Virus record (IMG/VR): IMGVR_UViG_3300049044_000033
Coordinates: 94,796 to 158,795 of that record
From: a virus
Lineage: Duplodnaviria; Heunggongvirae; Uroviricota; Caudoviricetes
Strand: one strand, 5' to 3'
DNA length: 64,000 nucleotides
The stretch's first letter is position 1, and each line of letters begins with the position of its first letter. Position numbers and translations under genes: made by a program. The notes under the pieces are model-generated. The model was not told the origin of the DNA. It was given only the letters and a program-made list of their open reading frames with translations, and searched no databases. This document shows positions 45,698 to 55,566 of the stretch, piece after piece.

Positions 45698-46137
45698 TTG
45701 GGATCTCCTTCTATTAAGTGGACGCTAATTTTGACGTCCAGTTCGCTATAATGGTTTTTGAGCCGTTCGCAAGCAGATTCAGCCAAATCTTTTCGCCTAT
45801 ATTTCTTGGCCTCTTTAGTCTTATCAACTAGCTTGGGGAAGAGCTTTCCCGTTAACTCTTTACGAATCACCAATTCAGGTCGTTTGCGAGGTTTGAGATA
45901 GGTCGCAGTGGTTTTCTTGCGTGAATCCCTAGCTTCCCTGGCACTTTGAGGCCAACGATTGAACCAATATCTATCCACGCTTCCCAGCTTACCTGATGGT
46001 GGAGGCACTACCACTTCGCGGGTTTCGGCCGTCTCTCCTGCGTAGAAACGATGACCTACTCCAATAATGTAGTGAGAGCCGTCGTGGAGTTTCTCATTGG
46101 CTTTGAAGCTCTTACCCATAGGAATGACTCGGATCAA
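45694..46137 (-). CDS. Hypothetical basic protein
   Basis: Packing within the operon. Confidence 0.6.
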   Translation of the reverse strand: MIRVIPMGKSFKANEKLHDGSHYIIGVGHRFYAGETAETREVVVPPPSGKLGSVDRYWFNRWPQSAREARDSRKKTTATYLKPRKRPELVIRKELTGKLFPKLVDKTKEAKKYRRKDLAESACERLKNHYSELDVKISVHLIEGDPK

Positions 46138-46411
46138 AAGTTAGCTTAGTGAGCACCGGATCGAATTTACATGCGATCCAGCATTTAACAAAGTTCACCA
46201 CAATATCATGAAGATGAAAGTCGAATCCTGCATCAGGGTAGGGGAGTTCCACTTTGTCATTATCGTTGGCTGCGTTATGCTCAAGCCATGGATGATTCTC
46301 AATGGGAGCATCACAATGCCAGTTCAGCAGCCTCTGGTTCAGCACGAAGAGAACGAGGAAGTTCTTCTCCCTCGGAGTCAACTGCTCAAACTCACTTAGA
46401 CCAAATTGCAT
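46112..46411 (-). CDS. Hypothetical protein
   Basis: Hairpin promoter upstream. Confidence 0.6.
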   Translation of the reverse strand: MQFGLSEFEQLTPREKNFLVLFVLNQRLLNWHCDAPIENHPWLEHNAANDNDKVELPYPDAGFDFHLHDIVVNFVKCWIACKFDPVLTKLTFDPSHSYG

Positions 46412-46506
46412 CTGATAAGCCTCTAGATATCAATTGGTCATATAGGCTTTGACTTACCTAGTCAACAATGGGAAGGGCACCAAGCTTAACTCAGTGCCCT
46501 ATTGCC

Positions 46507-48588
46507 TTACATGCCGAAACCGATGTTGGACTTCCGATAGCCAGGCTTGACCTTGAGTTCATCTTCAATGAGGTCGAGAATTTCCTCAGGAGATTCAATC
46601 CCAAGAATCTTGACCTTCTTGGTCACTGTTGCGAAGTCACCCGGAGCAAGGTTGTCAAACCGCTGGATACGAGCAGGGGCAGGTAGCTTGAAATACTTCT
46701 CAAACAGCTGGACGCTCTGATCCGGACGCATGAAGTCAAACTTCATCTTGAACGTAAACCGGCGAAGCGATGCTGCGTCCAAGTTCTCCATCAAGTTAGT
46801 GGTAATAATGAAGGGCTGAGTGTGGTTCTCCATCTGACTCAACATTTCATTGACCTGGCTGATCTCCCAGCTGCGCTGTGCCTTTGAGCGATCCTGCAGG
46901 AAGCTGTCGCCTTCGTCGATGATCAAGACCTTCCCACCCTCACGGGCTTCCTTGAAAGCCTTTGCGATATTCTTTTCGCACTCACCGAGCCACATGCTCT
47001 GTAGGTCTGATGCCCGCTTGTAAAGAACCTGTTTACCGAGTTGCTTGGCGAGATAACGACCATATTCGCTTTTGCCTGTACCAGGTGCACCATAGAGGCA
47101 GAGCGAGAATGATGGATCGGCAGACTTGAGACGCTCAGTGAATTTGTCTAGGTCTAAGTCGGTGTTGGCACAGGAAACATCATAAGGAGTATCCTTCATC
47201 CCAACTTCATTAAACTTACGGGTTTCGCCGAAGTTCATCAAACGGTCAAGACTAATAATGACTTCCGAGATGTCATCGCCCTGAAGATTTGCCATCCCGC
47301 TGATTTTCATAGAGTTGTTGATCAAAGCCGGCACAATGTCAAAGCTATTACCAAAGCTTTCAACCATCTCTTCGGTCAAGTTGACATTATACTTTTCAGC
47401 AGCAGTTGCCCACATTAGCTTACGAGCTTCGACGGGCGGCACTTCGAAATGAATATTATAGACCATACGACGCAAGCAAGCATTGCCCATGGCCATAACG
47501 GAATTCGTGGTCCAAATAATAGGTACAGTAGTGGTCTCGATAATCCGATTGATAAAGGCCTTGGAGAAGGTCGCATTGTTGTCAACCTTAAACAAATCCT
47601 CCATTTCGTCAAAGAGAATAACGGCCTTGGGATCCTTCTTGAACAGCTTCAAAGCCAGCTTTAAGGACGTCAAACGCTGAGCGCGGCTCTTTTCACCGTC
47701 GTCATTTTCAGAGATGTCACCGACAATGTGGAGGTTCCAATTGTTTTGCTTCGCGAGGGCTAGTGCGAGTTCGGTCTTACCAGTACCTGGAAGACCCCAA
47801 AACATCACGTTAGTACCCTTGTTCCCTGATTCCAAGCTAGTGTTGATGATCCGAACAGTTCGGTCAATTTCCTTGGAGAGGTGTGGGTAGCTATCCAGGC
47901 TAAGAGTAGAGCTCACATTGCTAGGGAAGAGCTTCTCTTCTAGGGTTTCAAGAGAAAAGTTATTGCTACAGAGGGCTTCTCTGAGTTCAGAAGCAATAAT
48001 ATGAAACTTGCTGGATTCAAGTTCAGTCAAAAGACCAGTACGGAACAAAAATCCTTTCTCCATCTTTTCCATTTCTTCAATTGGAATGTCGAGGAGGATA
48101 TTGTAACGCTTCGAGATTTCCTTCATGTCAGGACGCAAACCGAGAACGTCGAAGGTATGTGTATAAGACCATTCAACACTCTGGCGATAACGAATCGCCA
48201 GATCAAGAACTACTGCTTCGTATTCGTTGAGATCCAAAAGATCAGCAAGTGCCTTAGTATTGCTAGTCAACTCAAAGGGTTCAAGCAAATAAGGGTGGGC
48301 TTCGGCCATCGTGGCTGCTACCTTTGCCATGTCTTCTTTCGACATGTAGGTTTTCAGCGAAGCGTAACCTGCATACTCCTTCTTGTCTTCAGGAAGGGTT
48401 TCTACCCATTCTGTACGACGCTGGTTGATCAGATCGCACCATTGTTTTGAGAGCGGGTCGTCCATCATAATATTACGACTCATACCGTTTTGGATTACGG
48501 TATCCTGAAACCCACGGCCTTCCCACTTGCGAACGAGGTTGTAGAAAATCTTATTGTAGAAGTGAGTGTTCATAAATGGTCCCAACAC
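46507..48588 (-). CDS. Double-domain AAA+ ATPase
   Basis: GLPGTGKT...ILFDEMED and GAPGTGKS...LIIDEGD...TTN...LD.A.LRRF. Confidence 0.92.
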   Translation of the reverse strand: MLGPFMNTHFYNKIFYNLVRKWEGRGFQDTVIQNGMSRNIMMDDPLSKQWCDLINQRRTEWVETLPEDKKEYAGYASLKTYMSKEDMAKVAATMAEAHPYLLEPFELTSNTKALADLLDLNEYEAVVLDLAIRYRQSVEWSYTHTFDVLGLRPDMKEISKRYNILLDIPIEEMEKMEKGFLFRTGLLTELESSKFHIIASELREALCSNNFSLETLEEKLFPSNVSSTLSLDSYPHLSKEIDRTVRIINTSLESGNKGTNVMFWGLPGTGKTELALALAKQNNWNLHIVGDISENDDGEKSRAQRLTSLKLALKLFKKDPKAVILFDEMEDLFKVDNNATFSKAFINRIIETTTVPIIWTTNSVMAMGNACLRRMVYNIHFEVPPVEARKLMWATAAEKYNVNLTEEMVESFGNSFDIVPALINNSMKISGMANLQGDDISEVIISLDRLMNFGETRKFNEVGMKDTPYDVSCANTDLDLDKFTERLKSADPSFSLCLYGAPGTGKSEYGRYLAKQLGKQVLYKRASDLQSMWLGECEKNIAKAFKEAREGGKVLIIDEGDSFLQDRSKAQRSWEISQVNEMLSQMENHTQPFIITTNLMENLDAASLRRFTFKMKFDFMRPDQSVQLFEKYFKLPAPARIQRFDNLAPGDFATVTKKVKILGIESPEEILDLIEDELKVKPGYRKSNIGFGM

Positions 48589-48664
48589 TGATTCCGATCT
48601 ACAGGACCTTACTCACACCTTTTAGTTTGAGGTGATAGGGACGTCAAGTATGAAATCCACCTAC

Positions 48665-49012
48665 CTAATAACCTTCATGCCAGGCAAGCTTTGCCCTAAC
48701 CATATTACAATCATGGTCCACATAGCAGCGAACCATTCGACCATGTGCCTTTCGATGACTTGGATCGTGTATGAAGCGCTCTAGACTGTGGATCAATTCA
48801 CCAATGAGCAACACCTGATTCCTATCATAACGATCTATAACGAACCGAGCAACCTCTCTTTCGCCACATTCCTTACCAGCATCTTGCTCCTTGGTCCCCC
48901 ACACTAGCGCGGATCGAACTAATTCGGGAAGTTGCTGGAAGGTCTTGAAGTCAGGTTTAGAGGGAGGGACGGGAATGAATTCAGAAACTCTAACCATCAC
49001 CGTCCCTTCCAA
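48665..49012 (-). CDS. Hypothetical protein (TAG stop)
   Basis: Overlap with the 2H gene. Confidence 0.6.
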   Translation of the reverse strand: MEGTVMVRVSEFIPVPPSKPDFKTFQQLPELVRSALVWGTKEQDAGKECGEREVARFVIDRYDRNQVLLIGELIHSLERFIHDPSHRKAHGRMVRCYVDHDCNMVRAKLAWHEGY

Positions 49013-49797
49013 TATGGCGTGAAGATCCGAGGATCCTGCGGTTCAGCAGCCCAAGTGTCGTTGAACTTGCCGAAAGTCATGTGCAGGTTCCAGTTCGTCG
49101 GAATATCAAATTCCTCACGGATCTGCCTCAACTTCGGTGCGTTCACGACAATGAACCAGTGAACTGCCTTACGATCGCCGGTAGTGTCACCGGTGAACCG
49201 CAAGTCAGGCACATAAGTGAACTCGACCTCTTCACCCTCATACTTGCCCCAAAGGGCATGACGCTCTTCCTTGGGTACGTCGATGAGGTCATTGACACCA
49301 CGGGTAATCGTAATGTGCGGGATATGACTCGGAGCAAGCAGTCCTTGCCCTTCGACGCCCGTCACGTTGAGGAGTTCACGATCTACGAACCAGCGGTACA
49401 GTCGGGCAAGATCCATGTCTACGGTCGCCACAGCCCAATAGTGGTACTGATTGCGATACCTTGACATGAACTCCAATTGATCACGATATTCGTTGCCGCC
49501 ACGCAGCCTCAGAAGAACCCGCGCAAGCTTCCTTGCAGCCAACTGCGCGTCAACTACGTCAGCGTCCGTATAAGCATAGTGGATAGCTCTGATAGCATCG
49601 TTAACCGATAGGATGTCGCTCTGCTTCATCGTGAACTTGCTGAGGTCAAGTTCGTTGACCGCAAAGTTATGAAACTGAGTTGCGATTCGATCTTCTCTCT
49701 TTGAGAGAGTAGGATTGCGGTAGGGTTCGTAGTGGATCACACCGCGTCCCACTAGAGCGTCCTTGGGTCGGACCGAAAGAAGAGTTCTCGTTGTCAT
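48997..49797 (-). CDS. 2H phosphoesterase-family protein
   Basis: Two HxT motifs: PHITI and LHMTFG. Confidence 0.75.
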   Translation of the reverse strand: MTTRTLLSVRPKDALVGRGVIHYEPYRNPTLSKREDRIATQFHNFAVNELDLSKFTMKQSDILSVNDAIRAIHYAYTDADVVDAQLAARKLARVLLRLRGGNEYRDQLEFMSRYRNQYHYWAVATVDMDLARLYRWFVDRELLNVTGVEGQGLLAPSHIPHITITRGVNDLIDVPKEERHALWGKYEGEEVEFTYVPDLRFTGDTTGDRKAVHWFIVVNAPKLRQIREEFDIPTNWNLHMTFGKFNDTWAAEPQDPRIFTPYWKGR

Positions 49798-49900
49798 ATC
49801 ACCTGTTTAGCAGGATAGAACTGCATGTCAAGCGAAAAGGGGCCAAGATTTCTCCTGACCCCTCCCCCGCAAAAGATCTAGCCAGGCTAGATCTAACTGA

Positions 49901-50218
49901 TCAACGTTTGGGTTTCTTAGGCCGCTTAGTGGGCATTTTGATCCCACCATACCCCACACGTTGTATCTGTGCCCCGTGACTCACTACTGCTAGGTCGTGA
50001 TCACAAGCATTCAAAAGAGCTCGAACGGTAGCCAATTGAGGGAAACGGGTTTCCCTATAGAGCCATTTACTGATGGTCCCTGGCGTTGGGCCGCCACGTT
50101 CGTGAACCCGCTTGAGCGTTTGTCCGCTGTTGATCATTACCGCGATGCTGTCATCGCGTATATCCTCAAGATCAACGAGAGGCTTGCGCTCTGTCTTTTC
50201 TTCTTTCTTCCTTGCCAC
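49901..50218 (-). CDS. XRE-family HTH DNA-binding protein
   Basis: GTG start after AAGGAGATC; GPTPGTISKWL...TRFPQLATV..LL.A. Confidence 0.75.
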   Translation of the reverse strand: MARKKEEKTERKPLVDLEDIRDDSIAVMINSGQTLKRVHERGGPTPGTISKWLYRETRFPQLATVRALLNACDHDLAVVSHGAQIQRVGYGGIKMPTKRPKKPKR

Positions 50219-50228
50219 TACGATCTCC

Positions 50229-51533
50229 TTATAGTTTTGGCAATTCCCATTTGATGCGAATACCGCGTATTGGCTTGTTTTTGCGGAAGGCCATAAAGCC
50301 ACGCATCAATACTTCTACCTTCTGCTCCCTCACGAATGAGCTAAATTCAAGTAGCTTCTCGCGAGTGACATAAGCCGGACTCTGGGCATCCAGACCGATG
50401 CCAGTAATGACTTGATCCAAGAAGGCTTCTGCGGCTACTGGATCGGCTTTGCTCATAATGTAGTGGCAAAAACCAATAACGCTAGGAGGAGCAAGTCGCT
50501 TGCTCTTGTTACCGTGTCGATAAGGATACTGGCTAGACTTGTCTAGAAGTGCGTCTGCCTTGGCGCGCTCGTAGATCTCGGAAGCTGTGACTCGATTCAA
50601 GTGGGCAAAGTTCTGTCCCTCATTGCGTTCATATGCAAGAACAAACCGTGTCAAAGCCGCAAGGGTTGTGGGCTGAACAAAGCCATCGACACTTAGATGA
50701 TCGTGGGCCCCACGATTAGCCCCGGTATCCACTGTTCGCCTCGACGCACGTTCCACGCCAAAAACAAAGAGAACCGGAATTGCCTTTTGCGTGTCCAAGA
50801 CCGCGAGGCTTCGATGCTGGCCATTGTTGACAAGGCCTTCCTTACTGATGATGATTGTTTCGCCATTGAAGTCCCAGCGATCTTCCTTGATATCGCTGAT
50901 ATATTGGTTCAACTTGGCTTGTCGGATTGGTCGATTGCCCTCATTGTGCTCCAACATGATGGTAGCCAGTTCCGGCGTCATATCGACTTGAACTGTATGT
51001 ATGGATTTAGATCCGCGCTTTACTTGAGCAGCATACCAAACCCTTGCCTGGTCTATGTCTGTTAGGTCGGCTGCATCTGCGCCGAGTTCCATCTGGAGGT
51101 CTTCTTGGAAATGGGTCGCCGGGAAGTGGTGCTCAGGAGAAGCTTCCTCCTTAAGACCTTCCAAGTCCACGAATGCATCTGTGACGAGTTTCGGAAGTTC
51201 ACTTGTGACTTCGATCTCTTTCGTCTCAGGGTCGAATACACCTTTGAGGTGTTGGGCACCCATCTCACTTGTCGCTACAGTCATGCCCGATAAGTGGTGC
51301 TCTCCTAGCGAACTAGCATAGGCAAACCTTCCAGCTTTGTCTGAAAGCTTAACCCCTTCCTGGCCAATCCGAATGATCAGCTTGCCTGACCTCTGATCAA
51401 GCCGAGCATTCCTATACGGTTCTGGGATACGTTCGATGAATTCTTTGTGAACGCCGAGACTCCATACTAGCCGAGGATTGGCTTTGCTTCCCATCCTCAA
51501 ACTGCTGAGCCTCAAATCAACTGCCTGGTTCAT
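50229..51533 (-). CDS. ParB/Srx-like domain protein
   Basis: TPELA..ML..N..NRP.....Y..DI....W...GE.I......NGQHR..A...VDTG..R. Confidence 0.75.
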   Translation of the reverse strand: MNQAVDLRLSSLRMGSKANPRLVWSLGVHKEFIERIPEPYRNARLDQRSGKLIIRIGQEGVKLSDKAGRFAYASSLGEHHLSGMTVATSEMGAQHLKGVFDPETKEIEVTSELPKLVTDAFVDLEGLKEEASPEHHFPATHFQEDLQMELGADAADLTDIDQARVWYAAQVKRGSKSIHTVQVDMTPELATIMLEHNEGNRPIRQAKLNQYISDIKEDRWDFNGETIIISKEGLVNNGQHRSLAVLDTQKAIPVLFVFGVERASRRTVDTGANRGAHDHLSVDGFVQPTTLAALTRFVLAYERNEGQNFAHLNRVTASEIYERAKADALLDKSSQYPYRHGNKSKRLAPPSVIGFCHYIMSKADPVAAEAFLDQVITGIGLDAQSPAYVTREKLLEFSSFVREQKVEVLMRGFMAFRKNKPIRGIRIKWELPKL

Positions 51534-51536
51534 CTT

Positions 51537-51770
51537 CTACTCCGATCTAACTGTAGCAATAACTCGATCCATAAAAACCCGTTCGGCGGTCTGTCTATCA
51601 GAAGTAAATGCGCTCAACGCTTCAGTAAGCTTGGGGTTTATTTGTGGATCGAAGAAAAGCTTTATTACTGTGCTGGCAAGATATTGCTTGCTCATACCAG
51701 TTTGTTTTGCCACTAGATCGAGGGCACCACTAGCTTCTTTTGTTATAGCCACACTTGTGGTCAATGACAT
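51537..51770 (-). CDS. Ribbon-helix-helix (CopG-like) regulator (TAG stop)
   Basis: TTSVAITKEASGALDLVAKQTGMSKQYLASTVI. Confidence 0.65.
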   Translation of the reverse strand: MSLTTSVAITKEASGALDLVAKQTGMSKQYLASTVIKLFFDPQINPKLTEALSAFTSDRQTAERVFMDRVIATVRSE

Positions 51771-52007
51771 ATTTGCCTCAATTCTGATGCAAAGTAGGAG
51801 ACGATTGAAGCCCGGATGACTAACCACCCAGGCTTATTTGCTTTATAGTTACGAGCTGTGTCTCTATTAACCACAGGACGTCCGATCTACGAAATGTTCG
51901 TAGACAACTTATAGAACGTTTATAGAAAGTCAAGATAGCACTTATAAGTCTTTTAACTACTTGAAAGGCAAGCAGAATGCTTATAAGATATAGCTAATCC
52001 GGTAGTC

Positions 52008-52205
52008 AAAACAACGGGGAGGCCCCGTTGCTGGTTCCTCCCCGTTGGTAGTCGCCAGGGCTATGGATCGTTTATGGCAGGGTCGCTACAACCATATTCT
52101 CTCCATCGCGAGCTGCGCTTTGTCGCCGTCCCCCGTTAAAAGCCGTGGCCCAAACTAGGTAAGCGTCTTTGTCCAAGAAGAGCGCGTCCAGCAAACTACA
52201 GAGTG
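52008..52205 (-). ncRNA. Candidate structured ncRNA with own promoter and terminator
   Basis: TTGCAT/TGCTAAAA promoter; closing stem GTAGTTTGCTGG/CTGGCGACTAC; terminator AACGGGGAGG/CCTCCCCGTT-GTTTT; no credible ORF. Confidence 0.5.
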
Positions 52206-52270
52206 AATTTTTAGCAGAAATCCACTAGAATGCAAGAACTTTACGCACTAGTAATGAAATATTCTGTGGA

Positions 52271-52729
52271 TTATTTGAACCGCTGCTTAATAGTCGCGAA
52301 TATCAAATAGATAGTCATTAGACCATTGAATGCAAGATAACCTATAATGTCATATCGGACAGAAGCGGTTATGAAGTTGTTCAATTGGTTAAAGGAGATA
52401 AACTCTCCAATGTTAGCCAAGATGGCACCGAAGACCAAAATGGCCAAACCTACCAATCCAACAAAAGTGGAAAGGATAAGTCCAGTTGTCCACCAACCAA
52501 AAGGAGTAGAGGGCAATCCGGACTCTTGATCGAACGTCCAGCCGGAATCTATGAGATTCTTCTCTAGCGAATCCACTATGGCCTTGTTGCCAGTATGATA
52601 GGTTACAGAAACCTTAACATCTGAAGCTATGTAGCGTCCCTCATATGTGGAGGGCGCATCAGCTGCCGGATTATAATCCGGCATGATAGTAACGCCGCCT
52701 TGACCATTTGGAACCGTCATAACATTCAT
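52271..52729 (-). CDS. Membrane protein
   Basis: AAGGAGATC RBS; C-terminal TM helices. Confidence 0.7.
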   Translation of the reverse strand: MNVMTVPNGQGGVTIMPDYNPAADAPSTYEGRYIASDVKVSVTYHTGNKAIVDSLEKNLIDSGWTFDQESGLPSTPFGWWTTGLILSTFVGLVGLAILVFGAILANIGEFISFNQLNNFITASVRYDIIGYLAFNGLMTIYLIFATIKQRFK

Positions 52730-52775
52730 AAGATCTCCTTCCTGACCGCTTTAGTGAGTGGTAGGAAAAAGTCAA

Positions 52776-53075
52776 CTAAATGAATGTGATTCTCAGATAT
52801 TGTGTGAAGTTCGCTGTGTGCTTGGCATTATCTACCACCGGACCAGTAATGCTCTCGAGGTAGGCAAACGTGTAGGTCTGATCCTTGTCCCTAACTGTAG
52901 ACATAGTGAGCTCTCTGAGCTGCTGACGGTCCAGTTCGGGATCCACTAACATACGGAACACCCTCTGTCCGTTATGTTCTGTAAAGTTCGCTACTTTGAC
53001 ATAAACGCCCAACTCGTCAGAGACGACCTGAGCGTATGTGTAATCTGCGGGATATGTTCGACAATCTAGATGCAT
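52776..53075 (-). CDS. Hypothetical protein (TAG stop)
   Basis: GAGGT RBS. Confidence 0.65.
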   Translation of the reverse strand: MHLDCRTYPADYTYAQVVSDELGVYVKVANFTEHNGQRVFRMLVDPELDRQQLRELTMSTVRDKDQTYTFAYLESITGPVVDNAKHTANFTQYLRITFI

Positions 53076-53126
53076 TCTCGACCTCTAAGTAGGAAGTTGC
53101 CTTCCTACTTATCTGTCATTAGCGCC

Positions 53127-53615
53127 TTAGGCTTGAAGGATCATAGCCTGGTAACGAGTAGCAAAATCATTCCAGCTCTTCATGCCTGAAGGGCTAAAAG
53201 TAACCTTATGCTTGGCAAGCAGGTTCCGCATTACCGCGACCGGAACGACCACTTCAAAGATCTTCTTCAGACCTTCTTCAGTCATCGTGTCAGCGTAGTC
53301 CCGATCATTAAACAATTTACGGCACTCTTCAAATGCCTCGGCCGAATGATAGTCGCCAGTGAAATTGGCCATCGAGAAGGTCAGAATATTGTCAACCTTG
53401 GGGGACATCGTTTCCATATAACGCTCATCCCGATAGTAGGGTCCAGTAGTCTTTTCGATCATGAGCTTATGGATTGCAATCACATCCTGCTGCATTCGAA
53501 CCATTTCGGCATACTTGTTCAGGCCAGCAGCCTTGGCAAACGATTCAGTGGCTCCGAGAGCGGCACCGGTAATTGCGGCCTTGAGGATGTTCTTCAGAAT
53601 TTCGCGGCGGTTCAT
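53127..53615 (-). CDS. Protein with Tat-like signal peptide
   Basis: MNRREILK...AAITGAALGA...AKA. Confidence 0.7.
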   Translation of the reverse strand: MNRREILKNILKAAITGAALGATESFAKAAGLNKYAEMVRMQQDVIAIHKLMIEKTTGPYYRDERYMETMSPKVDNILTFSMANFTGDYHSAEAFEECRKLFNDRDYADTMTEEGLKKIFEVVVPVAVMRNLLAKHKVTFSPSGMKSWNDFATRYQAMILQA

Positions 53616-53675
53616 ATTCGATCTCCTGTTTCTGTCTATGCCACACGGATAGCAGCAAACAGGAGATGATCAACC
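53616..53675 (-). promoter_or_regulatory. Hairpin promoter/RBS cassette
   Basis: ATCTCCTGTTT/AAACAGGAGAT 11-bp IR at 53621-53667 covering the SD. Confidence 0.8.
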
Positions 53676-53706
53676 TATTTTTCACCTTTGTTGAGAAAAA
53701 GGTGAC

Positions 53707-55254
53707 TTATGCGGGAATTTTGACCTGGCCATACCAATCACCAACATACTTGCCCTTCACAAAAGACTTCTTAGCTTCGAAGACTGCTATGACTTCTGGA
53801 ATATATTGGAACGCTAGGTGAACCTTCCCATTGCTATCGAAAATTTGCCGACCGACCTTTTTATTAGCTGCGGCCTGAATTGAAGGATTATTAATGGCCA
53901 TTCGGATAAACGGCGCAACTTGCTGGAACTGAGTGTGGTTCATTCCCAACAGTGAGGAAATGTAGACATCTACGGTTGAGATTAGATCCAAGACATGGAC
54001 CTTATTACACACTCCACAGGTTTTGGTTTCCTTCATATTGAACACATGGCCGCAGCTCGTGTTCTCACAATGCTTCCATACCTTATCACGCTTTTCGTAG
54101 CTCTTAGCACACATCTCGCGCTCTTCGCGTTCAAGCATAAAGCCCTTTGCAGCGCGGGGCCATTCGATAGCTTCAACCCTGCCATGTTCCTTCAGATTTC
54201 CAGCAAAGTCGAAGATATAACCATAGGGCTTGTCTTCACACTTACGAAGCACTCGTCCGACCATCTGCTGGTAAAACGCAATGCTGCCGACTTTACGGGT
54301 GAGGAAGCAGAACTTAGCTAGCTTCTCATCAAAACCTTCACAGAGAGCATTTACGCTGATCAAAACCTCAGTCTTGCCCTCATGGAAACGCTTAAAGATA
54401 GCATCACGTTCCTCAGGGGTTTGACCTTTAACATAATTCACATCTCCGACTTGACCCTTACCGGCCGTAACAACTTCGCATCGGATATTTAGGTTCTTAA
54501 ACTGAGCTTCCAGTTCCTTGGAATGGTCAGTGTCGTCAGTGAACACGATTGTGCGCTTGTTGGAATGACTAGATGTTACCGTTAACCAGGTTTTACCAAC
54601 GTGGGTATTATGGTCTAGTTCGTCATATTCAGGTTTTGCGAGGTCACCACGTTCGATAAGATCGCTCATCGTGGCTGCAATAATAATACGGTCACCATAC
54701 CATTCCTCGAGGCTTTCACCGGGTTTATCAGTACCTGCGCGATAAGGAGTAGCAGTAAAGCCGACAATTTTAGCATCAGGCCAATGGTTTCTGATCTTTT
54801 GGAATTCTGCCGATGTTGCCTTGTGAGCTTCGTCAAAGATGATCATCGTAGGCACAAAGTTCTTATCGAAGTGCAGGTTATTAGATTTATCAGTAAGACC
54901 GAGGGTGTTGGTCATTGTCTGAGGTAAAGTTACCAGAAGATTACGTCCGTAATCACAAACAATAGGGAGTGACTTGGAACCAAGCAAGTAATTCTTAATA
55001 CCATCATGAAGGGCGGAGGTTTCAATTCCGAAGCCATGTTCCATCGTTGCAACAGTCTGCCCCAAGAGCACCTGCAAGTTTACAATAACAAGAACCCGAC
55101 CACCTCGGCGAATTTCTTCCTCTGCGGTATCACCCATAACAACCGTCTTACCATAACCCGTAGGGGCTACAACAAGAGCAGACGTGTTATTTGCTAGCAA
55201 GCTGTAAACTTGCTTTGTTACGTTGCGCTGTTCTTCGCGGGGTTTGATTCGCAT
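53707..55254 (-). CDS. Superfamily 2 (DEAH) helicase, RadD/UvsW-like, with Zn ribbon
   Basis: APTGYGKT, DEAH, TATP, EGFD, QQMVGRVLR, C....C...C..C. Confidence 0.92.
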   Translation of the reverse strand: MRIKPREEQRNVTKQVYSLLANNTSALVVAPTGYGKTVVMGDTAEEEIRRGGRVLVIVNLQVLLGQTVATMEHGFGIETSALHDGIKNYLLGSKSLPIVCDYGRNLLVTLPQTMTNTLGLTDKSNNLHFDKNFVPTMIIFDEAHKATSAEFQKIRNHWPDAKIVGFTATPYRAGTDKPGESLEEWYGDRIIIAATMSDLIERGDLAKPEYDELDHNTHVGKTWLTVTSSHSNKRTIVFTDDTDHSKELEAQFKNLNIRCEVVTAGKGQVGDVNYVKGQTPEERDAIFKRFHEGKTEVLISVNALCEGFDEKLAKFCFLTRKVGSIAFYQQMVGRVLRKCEDKPYGYIFDFAGNLKEHGRVEAIEWPRAAKGFMLEREEREMCAKSYEKRDKVWKHCENTSCGHVFNMKETKTCGVCNKVHVLDLISTVDVYISSLLGMNHTQFQQVAPFIRMAINNPSIQAAANKKVGRQIFDSNGKVHLAFQYIPEVIAVFEAKKSFVKGKYVGDWYGQVKIPA

Positions 55255-55345
55255 AAACTTTTCCCTGTTGTTTTACCGATCTCTTACCTGACTTATAGGA
55301 AAGACAGACAAGCGAGTCAACCAGGAATTCACCTATGCTCGATCT

Positions 55346-55489
55346 TTTTGCTAGGTTGGAAGCCCCGCTCGTCATCCAACACCGAGGTCCAAGCCCACGC
55401 AGGCATACCACGTGACCCCTTCATCCCTCCGACGCACCAGCCGTCCACGCTACTACCTGCAGGACCTCGTGTATTCAGCTCTAGCAAAG
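55346..55489 (-). ncRNA. Candidate rod-shaped structured ncRNA (~145 nt)
   Basis: Nested stems TTTGCTAG/CTAGCAAA, ACACGAGGTCC/GGACCTCGGTGT, GCAGGTA/TGCCTGC; TTGACT promoter upstream. Confidence 0.55.
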
Positions 55490-55534
55490 GTGAGCATATG
55501 GTAGGAGAAAGGTAGAGTCAATACTAGATATGAG

Positions 55535-55562
55535 TATGGTCTGGAATTTCTCCCAGACCATA
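55535..55562 (-). terminator. Stem-loop after the spanin genes
   Basis: TATGGTCTGG/CCAGACCATA. Confidence 0.6.
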
Positions 55563-55566
55563 AACC

